Shown here piece after piece: positions 14,137-64,000 of a stretch of 64,000 nt of DNA. Numbering within the stretch: position 1 is the stretch's first letter; every line of letters starts with the position of its first letter. The position numbers were made by a program, and so were the translations under genes. The DNA is taken from assembly GCA_951406725.2 (NCBI GenBank), contig OX597825.1, forward strand, positions 66,340,001 through 66,404,000, written 5' to 3'. This DNA is from Octopus vulgaris. Taxonomy: Eukaryota. A model generated the notes under the pieces. That model was not told where the DNA came from. It did not search any database and saw nothing but the letters and a program-made list of their open reading frames with translations.

Positions 14137-14666
14137 GAGTGAGAGAGCAGCACATGCCATCAAAGTGACACTGGGGTAAAATATACGAAGCCCAATATAT
14201 CCATCATGACTGCCCGTCTGATAAGGGTACACCAGGCACATGCATCACAACCATATGTGCGCGACATGGTGATCTCATATCAAGATAAACAGCACATGAC
14301 CTTGCAGGTGGGGCCCGGTTAGAATTTTCTTCAGGTTGAGCCCATCCCGCTCAAAAGGTCCCTGAATAAGGGTTGTTTAAGGATGTTGAAAGAACCACCC
14401 ATGTTTCCAGAGGTGAATTATTCAAACCCCAAAGAATCCTTCTCAACACATGGCTATGATGCTCCCCCACTACTTCTGCTCGTGATCAGAGATGCACATA
14501 TCGTCAGCCACTAAGGGACATGCTCAACTGGTTAAGGTCAAACAACTGACAAGCAAATCTGTGGTATTGAGCAGAATATTTGCTGTAGCCCATCTTTTAT
14601 ACCAAGACAAAACAATGTACATGATAACACTTCCAATCAGTTAAGATCAGAAGCCATGAGAGCCAC

Positions 14667-14668
<2 letters not shown>
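14137..14668. mobile_element. Interspersed repeat embedded in (ATT)n array
   Basis: Flanked on both sides by (ATT)n; partial homolog at ~62325-62440. Confidence 0.55.
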
Positions 14669-14754
<86 letters not shown>

Positions 14755-14994
14755 TAAATGTGGTGAACTGGCAGAATCGTTAGCACGCCGGGTGAAATGC
14801 TAAGCTGTATTTCGCATGCGTCTGAGTTCAAATTCCGCCAAGGTCGATTTTGCCTTTCATCCTTTCGAGGTCGATAAAAGTACCAGTTACACACTGGGGT
14901 CGATGTAATCGACAAGCCCCCTTCCCCCAAAAATTTCAAGGCCTTGTGCCAAGAGTAGAAATAATAATAATAATAATAATTATTATTATTATCG

Positions 14995-15420
14995 AAGAGT
15001 TTAGGATTTCCAAACAAAAGACATTCAATATTGTCAGCAGAAAAACCACGTCGCAAATCCTGTTAATCTATAGTGTTCCAGCTGCTACCATCATGAATTA
15101 AATTTTGTGAAATTGCACGAACATTGTGCAAAGCATAGAGAGCCATCTGAAAAGTTTCCAACTGCAGCTGATATCGTTTAGAGAAAGACACCAAGCTCTT
15201 TCTCCTTTTGAAATTCTGTTAATTGTAATAGACAACAAATGCTGGTCAAATCTTGACACCCATCCAAAACAAAGGATTCATCATCAAGAAAGAGCAATCA
15301 ATACCTCAGCACGCTTTGACCAAGTTAATGACTTTGCGGTAATCTTGTGAACACTCTAGAAAATGTTGCAGCCGAAGTCGGTCAGTTTCTCAGATCAAAC
15401 ATGACGAAATACGTATATGG
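14995..15420 (+). mobile_element. Highly decayed RTE/RTE-X LINE RT fragment
   Basis: FNIVSRK..QILLIYSVP, ILLIVID, GFIIKK, LENVAAEVG resemble RT subdomains. Confidence 0.55.
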
Positions 15421-15449
15421 CTATCAATGAACTCGGAACGTAAAAACTG

Positions 15450-16445
15450 AAGGCGGCGAGCAGGCAGAATATTTTGCATTCCGGACAAAAGACTTCACGG
15501 CGGTTCTTCCGGTTTTACGTTTTGTGTTCAAATTCCACCGAGGTCTACTTTGCTTTCCATGCTTTCAGTGTCGATAAAAGAAGCATCCTCTCCGAATATT
15601 TCAGGCCTTGTGCCTATACTAGAAAAAACTATTTACTAAAACTATGAAGGCGGTAATGTCAGAACTGTTAGAGTGTAGGATAAGACACCTAAGAGTATTT
15701 CGGTTCTCTTTCGTTCTGAGTCCAAATCACGCCGAGGTCAACTTTGCATGTTATCCTATCGGGGTCGACAAAATAAAGAACCAATCAAGTACTGGGTGTG
15801 ATGTAATCAAATAAACCCTTCCTCCTTAAACTGCTAACCTTCTGCCAAAATTTGAAGCAACTGAAAGGTGGCGAGATGGTAGAATCGTGAGCGAGTCGGA
15901 CAAAATGCTTGAAGGCATTTCTCCTGCATTATACGCTCGAAGTTCAAATTCCACGGAGATTGACTTTGCCTTTTATCTTCGGGGTCAATGAGATAAGGTA
16001 CTGGAGTCGATACAGTGAACTTACCCTATCTCCCAGAATTGCTGGCCTTGTGCCAAAATGTGAAACCATTAGTTTTAAAACTAAAAGCGGCGAGCTGGCA
16101 GAGACATTAGCACGCCGAACAAAATATTTTACAGCATTTCTTCCGGCTTTACGTTCACGTCTGTTGAAGTGGACTTTGTCTTTCATCCTTTCGGAATCGA
16201 TGAAATAAGTACCAGTCACATACTGGGATCGATGAAATCGATTTACCCCGTGCCTCAAAATTGCTGGCCTTGTGCCAAAATTTGAAACCGTTATTTTCTT
16301 TTAGCTGGCCGAGTCGTTGAGCAACCCAAAACAAATGCTTTGCAGTATTTCTTCTGGTTTTACAATCTAGGTTCAAGTTCTGCTGAGGGCAACTTTGCGT
16401 TTCATCCTTTTGGGATCGATGAAATAAATACCAGTTGAGCACTGA
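15450..16445. mobile_element. Cluster of degenerate SINE family B copies
   Basis: Repeated ggcggcgagc.ggcagaa heads and tttcatcc...tcgat cores. Confidence 0.7.
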
Positions 16446-16714
16446 GGCCTCAAAATACCAAGAATTGATAGCATTAAAAAAAAAATTAAAACTTATATGG
16501 ACGGAAATGGTTTTATTTTAATCGTTAAACTTTCTAAACACGTTTTACCTCTAGTGGTGAATTTGTCATTAAAGGGGAGAGAACACTGATTTGTAAAAAG
16601 AAAACTACGAAGTCAGATTCTTTCTTCTAGTATTACATTATTTATTGCAACTAATAAATATTTCTTTATTTGGATTTGGTTTGCAAGATTCTTTATATGA
16701 GTTCGTGTGTTGAA

Positions 16715-16975
16715 GCATATTCTGTTGTATCTGGGGAGAGTCATTTTCTTTTTGTGCCTTATAATGTAAGACACTCACCAGTAAAATTTCCACTTATTTC
16801 TTATTTTTATTTTCCTAAAATTTTCGTTGCGTCTTGCAACCTTTTCAATAGTCTTGACTATTGAAAAGGTTGCAAGAAAATAAAAATAAGAAATAAGTGG
16901 AAATTTTACCGGTGAGTGTGTTACTTTTTAAGGCACAAAAAGAAAATGACTCTCCCTAGACACAACAGAATATGC
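16715..16975. repeat. Fold-back inverted repeat, arms ~120-140 bp
   Basis: Centre ...tcaatagtc-tt-gactattga...; 14-bp direct repeat tgcaactaataaat at 16646 and 16973. Confidence 0.9.
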
Positions 16976-17135
16976 AACTAATAAATGTTCAATGGTTTAT
17001 TTTCCGTATTATTTCTGACGTAATTGTATATGTTGACTAGATCGAAACTGTATACCAGTAGAAATGGTTTTATCTTTAGCGTTGAACTCTGTTTAATCTT
17101 GCTGTGCATCGATTTGGGATTTAAAGCAACAGCAG

Positions 17136-17170
<35 letters not shown>

Positions 17171-17786
17171 ACAGCAGCAGTGGCAGGAACAAGAACAGCA
17201 ACAATAACGGCTATAAGAACATCGATAGCAGCAACAACAACAACAGGCAAGACAAAAGACACTTTTCAACTGAAATATCGAAGTTTTCATCATTATTGCA
17301 GTAATATTGAATTTTGATTAAAACCGAAAGCGAAGCATGATCGGGATTTCTATAAGGAATCCATTTATAATTGTTTGCAATTGGTGTACGAAGATTCTTC
17401 TGATGCAGCTTGAAAGCGACGATAATCGCATTAGCGATGGCAACTGCAGTCTTTCATATTTCTTCGTTATATTTCGGTTATATCTACAAATCCTGATGTC
17501 ATTAGGTGAAAACCATTTTAATCTGTGATGTTCATTGAATTTCATTGCTGTAAGGTATAGTCCACGGTTATCTCCACATTAGTAATGCGCTCTCTAGGGA
17601 AGCTTTAATACTTTCTTTGTTCATCCGAGATACAACTTGTACGGGGGTCTTATAAAACTATTACTCTAATGCAAATAATTCATTATAAATGCTATTCATT
17701 AACTAATGATACTTTCTTGTTTCAGTCATTAGATTGCGGCCATGCTGGGGCACCGTCTTGAAGAATTTTTGTCTGATGAAATGACT

Positions 17787-18204
17787 GGAATTTTTCGGTT
17801 TGAACGGCAGTTTTTTCTAGCGGTGTCATATGAAATTGCCACCCATAATTATGACCCCAGTATCGATCTATTGCATTTCAATCTGTTTTAGGGTTAGGGT
17901 TAGGGGTGGGGGGAAGAGTATCTTTTTTCTTCACAAATGTAAATAAATCCAATCTGTTTCTTAAACGAGGGACATATTCATACGGCACATAATGTTTTTT
18001 TACCTCAAGAGACGTCAGTGATTGGTTGAAATTGTAGAAATTGAAGAAAAAAAAACAGCAAATATCTTACAAACTATAGAATTTTCTCAATAAAACCAAG
18101 AGAAAAAGATGTTTTATAAACACATTCTACCAGTATACGAAGTTTAAAATTTTTTAGTTACCTAAAAATTATGTTAAAAACTGCCGTTCAAACCGAAAAG
18201 ATCC
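17787..18204. mobile_element. Merlin-like MITE, 418 bp
   Basis: TIRs GGAATTTTTCGGTTTGAACGGCAGTTTT / AAAACTGCCGTTCAAACCGAAAAGATCC; 8-bp TSD AAATGACT; inserted in a SINE. Confidence 0.85.
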
Positions 18205-18629
18205 AAATGACTCCAGTAGTTATTTGTTTTAAATACTGGTACTTATTCTGTCTCTTTTGCCGAACCGTTAACCCACAGGGACATAAACACACCATCACCG
18301 GTTGTCAAGCGATGGTGGGTGAAGATCTTTGTGGTTGACGCCACTGTCTACAATTTTGTTCCAATTGTTTTCAAATTTGGTATATGGATTAAGTTTTGTA
18401 TACTAATCATGAAAAGGAAATCAATTTTCCCTATAAATTCTTAATTAAAAAGTTATTAGTCATTAAAATTTGCAAAATTTGGGTATTTTAACCAATCAGA
18501 AGCGAGTATTTTACACATCACCGTGAAGTTCTGTTAGCATATTAAGCAAAGAAATACCACGTGTTCCAAAGTTGATTGCGAAGGACTCTATTTCCGTAGT
18601 AATCAAAGATGCTGAGCATGCGCACAAGG

Positions 18630-18790
18630 AGTGTAGCTACCACCATATTGAGTGTAATCAATAAGTTGAAATTACCTGGGCGTCTTTGAAGTGTGGAAAC
18701 AAACACCGGTGTGGGACACACCGTTCCATGGTTGACTCTTACCTTTGTGAATTTATGTGGAAAAAGAGATATGAGAAAGATAATTTATTT
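18630..18790 (+). mobile_element. Merlin/IS1595-like transposase C-terminal remnant
   Basis: WASLKCGNKHRCGTHRSMVDSYLCEFMWKKR matches W..xK...G....SYL.EFxWR. Confidence 0.7.
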
Positions 18791-19172
18791 TATACACATA
18801 TATACGACGGGCTTCTTTCAGTTTCCGTCAACCAAATCTACTCACAATGCTTTGGTCAGCCAGAGGCTATAGTAGAAGACACTTGTCCAAGGTGCCACGC
18901 AGTGGGACTGAACCCGGAACCATGTGGTTGGTAAGCAAGCTACTTACCACACAGCCACTCCTGCGCCTATAGTAGGAGGCGGCGAGCTGGCAGAAACGTT
19001 AGCACGCCAGACGAAATGCGTAGCCGTATTTCGTTTGTCGTTACGTTCCGAGTTCAAATTCCGCCGAGGTCGACTTTGCCTTTCATCCTTTCGGGGTCGA
19101 TAAATTAAGTACCAGTTGTCTGTCCTTGTTTGTCCCATCTGTGTTTAACCCCTTGTGGGTAGTAAAGAAATA
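18790..19172. mobile_element. Back-to-back SINE A (minus) and SINE B (plus) heads
   Basis: Matches to family sequences. Confidence 0.75.
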
Positions 19173-19989
19173 CATAGTAGAAGAAATTTGACGAGGGTGC
19201 CATGCAGTGGGAGTGAATTTGAAACCCGGTGGTTGGGATAATTTTAGAGTTTTGACTATGAAAACTGAATCTATGTTTCGGCCCTGAATAAATCTGTCCC
19301 TCCAGAACATAAAATTTAAAAATTCTATTTCAATGAACCGGAAAGTATCTATAAGGTTTTTGCAGAGTATTTTATTTCGAACCTAATATTGCCTTTGTGC
19401 ATCCAACAATTCTATGGACCTTAAAGATGAAGTTTTTACTCTCAGAAACCTTTCTTTTATGGTTAAAAGACCATTCCTGTGGGTTTTACAGCCAAGCAAA
19501 AGTGTAATTCCTTTCCATATTCACACGCAATAAAATCTTGTAATTAACGAAGAATTTTACATATTTTTCTGTTTTTTAAATTCGCTGCCTTGAAGTTTTC
19601 TTGAAGATCGAATTGTTTATTACCCACTGAGATCTCGCACATACATATACACATATACATATACACACACACACAGACACGAGCACACATCCACCCACAT
19701 ACGCACACATATAACACATAATCACATACAAACACACATCCGTGCGCACACAGATGCAGACACTAACTCAAACACACATTCACAAGTACACGCATATTTA
19801 CACACAAATGCACACACACACATACACACACTCTCTCTCTCACACACATACACATATTCGTGCTCACACACACACACACGCACGATTCCATACTCACGGG
19901 TGCGTGTGCATATCTACGTATGCACACCCATAAATACAATCATACACACATACAAACGCACAAGTGCTGACGCGCACGTGCGCACACAC

Positions 19990-20193
19990 ACATATATACA
20001 TACATACATGCAAACATACATATAAATGTACATACATACACACATACATACAAGAAATCTTGAAATAAAACTGAACAATGACATACATACATACATACAT
20101 ACATACATACATACATGCATGCATACATACATACATACATGCATGCATACATACATACATACATACATATATACATACATGCATGCATGCATG

Positions 20194-20225
<32 letters not shown>

Positions 20226-20319
20226 CATACATACAAACATGCATACATACATACATACATACATGCATGCATACATACATACATATATACATACATACAT
20301 GCATGCATGCATGCATACA

Positions 20320-20353
<34 letters not shown>

Positions 20354-20581
20354 AATACATATATGCATACATACATACATATGTACATACATTCATACAT
20401 ACATGCATACATACATACATACATGCATAAATGCATACATACATACATTCATACATACATACATACATACATACATTCGTACATACATACATACATGCAT
20501 ACATTCGTACATACATACATACATGCATACATTCGTACATACATACATACATACATACATACATACATACATACATACATA
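19990..20581. repeat. (CATA)n/(CATG)n microsatellite
   Basis: Directly visible. Confidence 0.95.
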
Positions 20582-21087
20582 GGTGCAGGATTGGCTGTGT
20601 GGTAAGTAGCTTGCTTACCAACCTCATAGTTACGCACTGGGGTCGATATAATCGACTTAATCCGTTTGTCTGCCCTTGTTTGTCCTTTGTGTTTAGCCCC
20701 TTGTAGGTAGTAAAGAAATAGGTATTTCGTCTGTCTTTACGTTCTGAGTTCAAAATCCACGCAGGTCGACTTAACGCAGATATACTGTTGAAAGCCTGGA
20801 AACTGCGGTAGTCGTCTCGAGAAAGCATCTTGGCTAAATCTGTCTTGGTATATGTATGTATGTATGTATGTATGCATGTATGTATGTATGTATGTATGTA
20901 TGTATGTATGTATGTATGTATGTATGTATGTATGGGGAGAGAGAAAGAGAGTGAAAGAGAAAGAGAGAAAGAGAAAGAGAGAAAGAGAAAGAGAGAGAGC
21001 GAAAGAGAAAAACATAGAAAGAGAGAGAAGCTGTGTGACTATATACATATATATGTATGTATGTGTATACATATATATATATATACA

Positions 21088-21935
21088 TTAACAATTGAGG
21101 ATAAAATCTTTAAAAGAAATTATCAGTAGTCAGCGTGAAAAACCTCGTAAGAGAAAAAATCCGTAAATTCTTCCTCTTTGAAAATATTCATTTATATTAT
21201 ATTGAGGGTACTACTATTCGTAGATACCAACACGCTAAGAGGGACCAATGCGGTCAAAACTACTAAAAATAAACAAAATTTTACCGAATGCAAAACTTCA
21301 AAACACATCATTTTAAAAAAGAATTCAGTTACATATCACATGTGATTTCGCATTTAATGCAGAATATGCATTTCATGTTCATCAGTGCAACAAACTCAAG
21401 AAATATAAGAGAAAACATAACATTACAAGCTCGATAGCCAACCGTAGAATTCGTCGTAGCATGTACGGATTTTTTCTCTTACGAGGTTTTTCACGCTGAC
21501 TACTGATAATTTCTTTTAAAGATTTTATCCTCAATTGTTAATTTATATTTTTCACCGGAATAGTTCAATACTGAATTTTTATTCCGACTAGACAATTTGA
21601 TACCGAAATGCATTGCGAATAAACCCACCATTTTCCCACCATATGTAAAGATAAACATTCGTACATGCTACGACGAATTCTACGGTTGGCTATCGAGCTT
21701 GTAATGTTATGTTTTCTCTTATATTTCTTGAGTTTGTTGCACTGATGAACATGAAATGCATATTCTGCATTAAATGCGAAATCACATGTGATATGTAACT
21801 GAATTCTTTTTTAAAATGATGTGTTTTGAAGTTTTGCATTCGGTAAAATTTTGTTTATGTTTAGTAGTTTTGACCGCATTGGTCCCTCTTAGCGTGTTGG
21901 TATCTACGAATAGTAGTACCCTCAATATAATATAA
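21088..21935. repeat. Interleaved inverted repeats A-B-A'-spacer-B'
   Basis: A ~21088-21165 vs A' ~21464-21542; B ~21191-21467 vs B' ~21660-21935; near-perfect. Confidence 0.92.
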
Positions 21936-21968
<33 letters not shown>

Positions 21969-22546
21969 GTGTGTATATATATATATACATACATGTACAT
22001 ATACATATATAATGTATGTGTATACATATAGATACATATATATATATATGTGTGTGTGTGTGTATATATATATATATTATATATATATATATATAATATA
22101 TATATATACATACATGTACACGGATGAACACATATATGCATATGTATTTATGTTTGTATCGACATATAACAAATCTAATGTAATAACATACCTGGGTGTT
22201 TGTCTCGCTGTTGATTGTACGCTTGTACCGTAACAGCTTGGGATATGAGGAAGCATAGCGTTATAGATGGAGCCAGAGAGAAATAATTCATCAAAGAAAT
22301 TTTTATTCAATGAACAAATAACAAATAACAGATTTCTTAGAAAAATAATATAAAAAATGAAATAAAACAAAAATATAGTGCTTCAGATTTTCGCTCCATA
22401 CCTTGTGATTTTAGTGTATCATTCTAAGCATCTAATAAGCTGACCTGCCAACTTTTGTTATTCCAGATTGAAGGAGACTACTGTAACTACACTTTGAACA
22501 CACCCCAATGAACACTGCTTGTAACAGGTGATTTGTATGCAAAGTA

Positions 22547-22931
22547 GTGGAGGCGCAATGGCCCAGTGGTTAGGGCAGCGGACTCGCGGTCGTAGGATCG
22601 CGGTTTCGATTCCCAGACCGGGCGTTGTGAGTGTTTATTGAGCGAAAACACCTAAAGCTCCACGAGGCTCCGGCAGAGGTTGGTGGTGATCCCTACTGTA
22701 CTCTTTCACCACAACTTTCTCTCACTCTTACTTCCTGTTTCTGTTGTACCTGTATTTCAAAGAGCCGGCCTTGTCACTCTCTGTGTCACGCTGAATATCC
22801 CCGAGAACTACGTTAAGGGTACACGTGTCTGTGGAGTGCTCAGCCACTTACACGTTAATTTCACGAGCAGGCTGTTCCGTTGATTCGGATCAACCGGAAG
22901 CCTCGTCGTCGTAACCGACGGAGTGCTTCCA
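22547..22931 (+). mobile_element. SINE family C (tRNA-derived head), young, 12-bp TSD
   Basis: Box A TGGCCCAGTGG, box B GGTTTCGATTCC; TSD tgtatgcaaagt at 22534 and 22932. Confidence 0.9.
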
Positions 22932-22944
22932 TGTATGCAAAGTG

Positions 22945-23075
22945 CGGGCGAGACGTGAAGACATTTTTGAAGACTCACTGTGCAATAAAGTTTTATGTTA
23001 AACCGGACGAAAACACTACAGAGACTTGTGAAATGCTCCAGGCTGCTTATGGATAAACTTGTGAGTCGACAAGCT
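22945..23075 (+). mobile_element. Mariner transposase N-terminal HTH remnant
   Basis: CAIKFYVKPDENTTETCEMLQAAYG resembles IKFCVKLGKxATETxEMLxxAYG. Confidence 0.7.
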
Positions 23076-23370
23076 GATAAGAAAGTATAAATTAAAGTGT
23101 CAAAATCGAAAGGAAGAACAAAAGCATTGTTTTATGTCTCCATAAATTTCATTTAAGGTATTTAACGATAAACTTCAATTTAGAGAAACCTGATCAGGGA
23201 TTGTGCTATCATTTCTGATGGCAAAAAGCATTCCCGTAAGAAGAAAAAGAGGGAGAGAAAATAGAAGCAAAGCTATATATAAAAAAAGATGAATTATAAG
23301 AAAAAGAAGAAAACGAGGAAAAGAAGAATAAGAAACAGAAAAAAAAAAAAAGTATAATACTAAAAAATAA

Positions 23371-23409
<39 letters not shown>

Positions 23410-23697
23410 AACTCACCCCATTAAAAAAAGGCAAGAAATATAAAGCGATTATCTCCCTTACACCGGAAGAAATCACTTATTACCTCCCCTTACCTGTAAC
23501 TCTTCTTTACACTTCTTAACGAAATCATAACAATGTTTTGAGAAATTTGAAAAGTTAAACACGAAACCGGTAATTTCTTCAAAAACTATGTCACTGTATG
23601 AAAAAAATTTATAACATTCTTCTGACATAATGACTCAAATATATATTTTTTAACTTTTTAAAACAAGCCTTCTGTAGTTTTTTCACTTTTTACTATT

Positions 23698-23741
<44 letters not shown>

Positions 23742-23838
23742 GACTTCGCCTTTTATCCTTTCGGGATGGCTAACTTGAGTACCAGTTGCTTACTGAGGTC
23801 GATCTAATCGAGTGGTCCCCTCTCCCCGCAAATTTCTA

Positions 23839-23895
<57 letters not shown>

Positions 23896-23965
23896 ATTTT
23901 GTGAAATTTGATTTAGTATTTCTAAATTGAATTTTTCCCTGTAAGTTTGGAATAATATTCCCTCA

Positions 23966-24050
<85 letters not shown>

Positions 24051-24067
24051 TTTATTATATATATATG

Positions 24068-24472
24068 TAGGCGGAAGCGCGGGTGTGTAGTAAGAAGCTT
24101 GTCTCCCAACCATATGGATCCAGGTTCAGTCCCACTGCGTGAGACCTTGGGCAAGTGTCTTCTACTATAGTCTCCGACAGACCAAAGTCTTGTGAGTGGA
24201 TTTGGTAGATGGAAACTGAAAGAAGCCTCGTCGAATATATAATGTGTGGCAATGGGTGTCTTTGTGCTTGTGTTTGTACTCCCACCGGTATTGGTGTGTT
24301 TACATCCCCATAACTTGGAGGGTTCGACAAAAGAGACCTATTGAATAAGTACTAGGCTTACAAAGTATAAGTCGTGGGATCGATTCCTTCGACTAAAAAA
24401 TAAAAACCTTCAAGGCGGTGCTCCAGCATGACCGCAGTGAAATGAATGAAACCAGTAAACGAATAAAAGAAT
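24068..24472 (+). mobile_element. SINE family A, diverged
   Basis: Family match. Confidence 0.75.
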
Positions 24473-24846
24473 ATACATATATTTGTATGTTTGTTTCTAA
24501 ATCTTTTGTGTCTTGGCTATATTCATTTTGTTGCAGTTGTTGTTGCTGAAACCGTAGTAGTTGTTATTGTTGGCAGGCGACCCATATTATTATAAGACAT
24601 CTGATGTTGTCGATCATCTAAACTTAATAATAATAACAAAGCAAAAAGCTGTTGGGAACAATATTTCTGTCCAAGTGTCCGAACAGATTTTATCATTAAC
24701 AAGAAGAAAACCTTCATATTTAGGAATATGTAACCAACCATCTTACTATGGACGAAAACCTTTGTGCGTTTTCCATTTTGTATGATCCGATGCAACGTAA
24801 ATGAAAAAAAAAAAAAAGAAAAATGGAGTAAAACAAAACAGCTTGG

Positions 24847-62989
<38,143 letters not shown>

Positions 62990-63034
62990 CTGCAAGGAGA
63001 AAAAAAAATGTATTTTTTTTTATTTCAGAAATTA

Positions 63035-63123
<89 letters not shown>

Positions 63124-64000
63124 AACACACACACATACACACACACACACGGAATGATGGAACTCGAACCCACATCCCCTGTAATTACGATTTAGATATG
63201 ATGATGATGATGAGGCTAAAATGCCTACTTGAGATTTCTACGCAAGTTTTTTTCCAGACGAGCATAGTGACTTCATGTAAGCGCGCGCGCACGTGCTGAA
63301 AATTAATAAGATCAATTGTTTGTTTTTTCCTCTCTACTGATGGTCTTTCATCTGCTAGTATAGATTCTGTACAGATTTTTTTTATAACACACTAACATGA
63401 GATATTATTTACATTATATAATCGCCTTTGTTAAACACAAAAACACGTATATTCACAATAATAAAAAAACATTTATGTAAACTTCCAACTAAGTGATATT
63501 GTATAATAAAATAAGACTGCTGTTTTTCGTAGTGACAGTTTTAACGTTATTATACGTTTAAATTCTGTTTTTTTTTTTGTAATAATTATTCTGTTCTTCT
63601 GTAATACTTATTAGATGCAACAATAATAATTGGTTATATTTAATATTCCCTTTTATTTCCTATACATAAGCAAAAATATATCTCATTTGATCTGGTTGGA
63701 AGAATAGTGCAATCATAATTATATAATACATAGCACAAAATTTGTAGGAGAAATATTTGGCAGAGTTCCAAACACCCAGGAATCGGTTGCTATGTTCAAA
63801 CGACCAAGACTTTGTTAGAAATTGACGATATCAGCTGACAACTGACCAATCCCATCTCTGGCAGAAATCACTGTATCAATATGAAAGTGGTTCGCTCAAT
63901 TATTGATGACGTCGACAAAGAACTGACCACTCCCATCTCCGTTAAGCCCGGATGTCTTTAACAATTTGTATTTCACGCCCTTTTCCGTGATATAAGCATT

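Noticed and set aside
17887-17906. (TTAGGG)3 telomeric repeat
   Set aside because: Only three units, internal to a MITE
22549-22625. tRNA-like sequence
   Set aside because: Head of a multi-copy SINE with TSD; not a complete cloverleaf gene
63000-64000. Upstream SLC22 exon encoding the extracellular loop end
   Set aside because: No minus-strand frame ending in a TIV(S/T)E-like motif with a phase-0 donor was found

Overview
AT-rich, microsatellite- and SINE-dense eukaryotic DNA; the repeat landscape suggests an octopus/cephalopod genome (inference). One protein-coding gene can be assembled: the 3' part of a minus-strand SLC22-family (MFS organic ion) transporter. It has 8 GT-AG exons with matching phases (62989-62759, 56538-56336, 53035-52646, 51049-50915, 50406-50321, 46042-45922, 38800-38728, 25044-24847), encodes 478 aa up to TAG, and its 5' exons lie beyond the window. 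The rest is repeats: at least three tRNA-type SINE families, decayed LINEs (RTE, L1/Tx1, R4/Dong), Tc1/mariner and Merlin transposase remnants with MITEs, a Helitron, a piggyBac-like MITE and long simple repeats. The most notable unexplained signal is a set of short non-coding elements with minimal type-I hammerhead ribozyme-like cores, arranged as direct or inverted repeats (retrozyme/Penelope-like). Most listed ORFs are microsatellite or SINE artefacts. Repeat boundaries are by eye and approximate unless a TSD or TIR is given.
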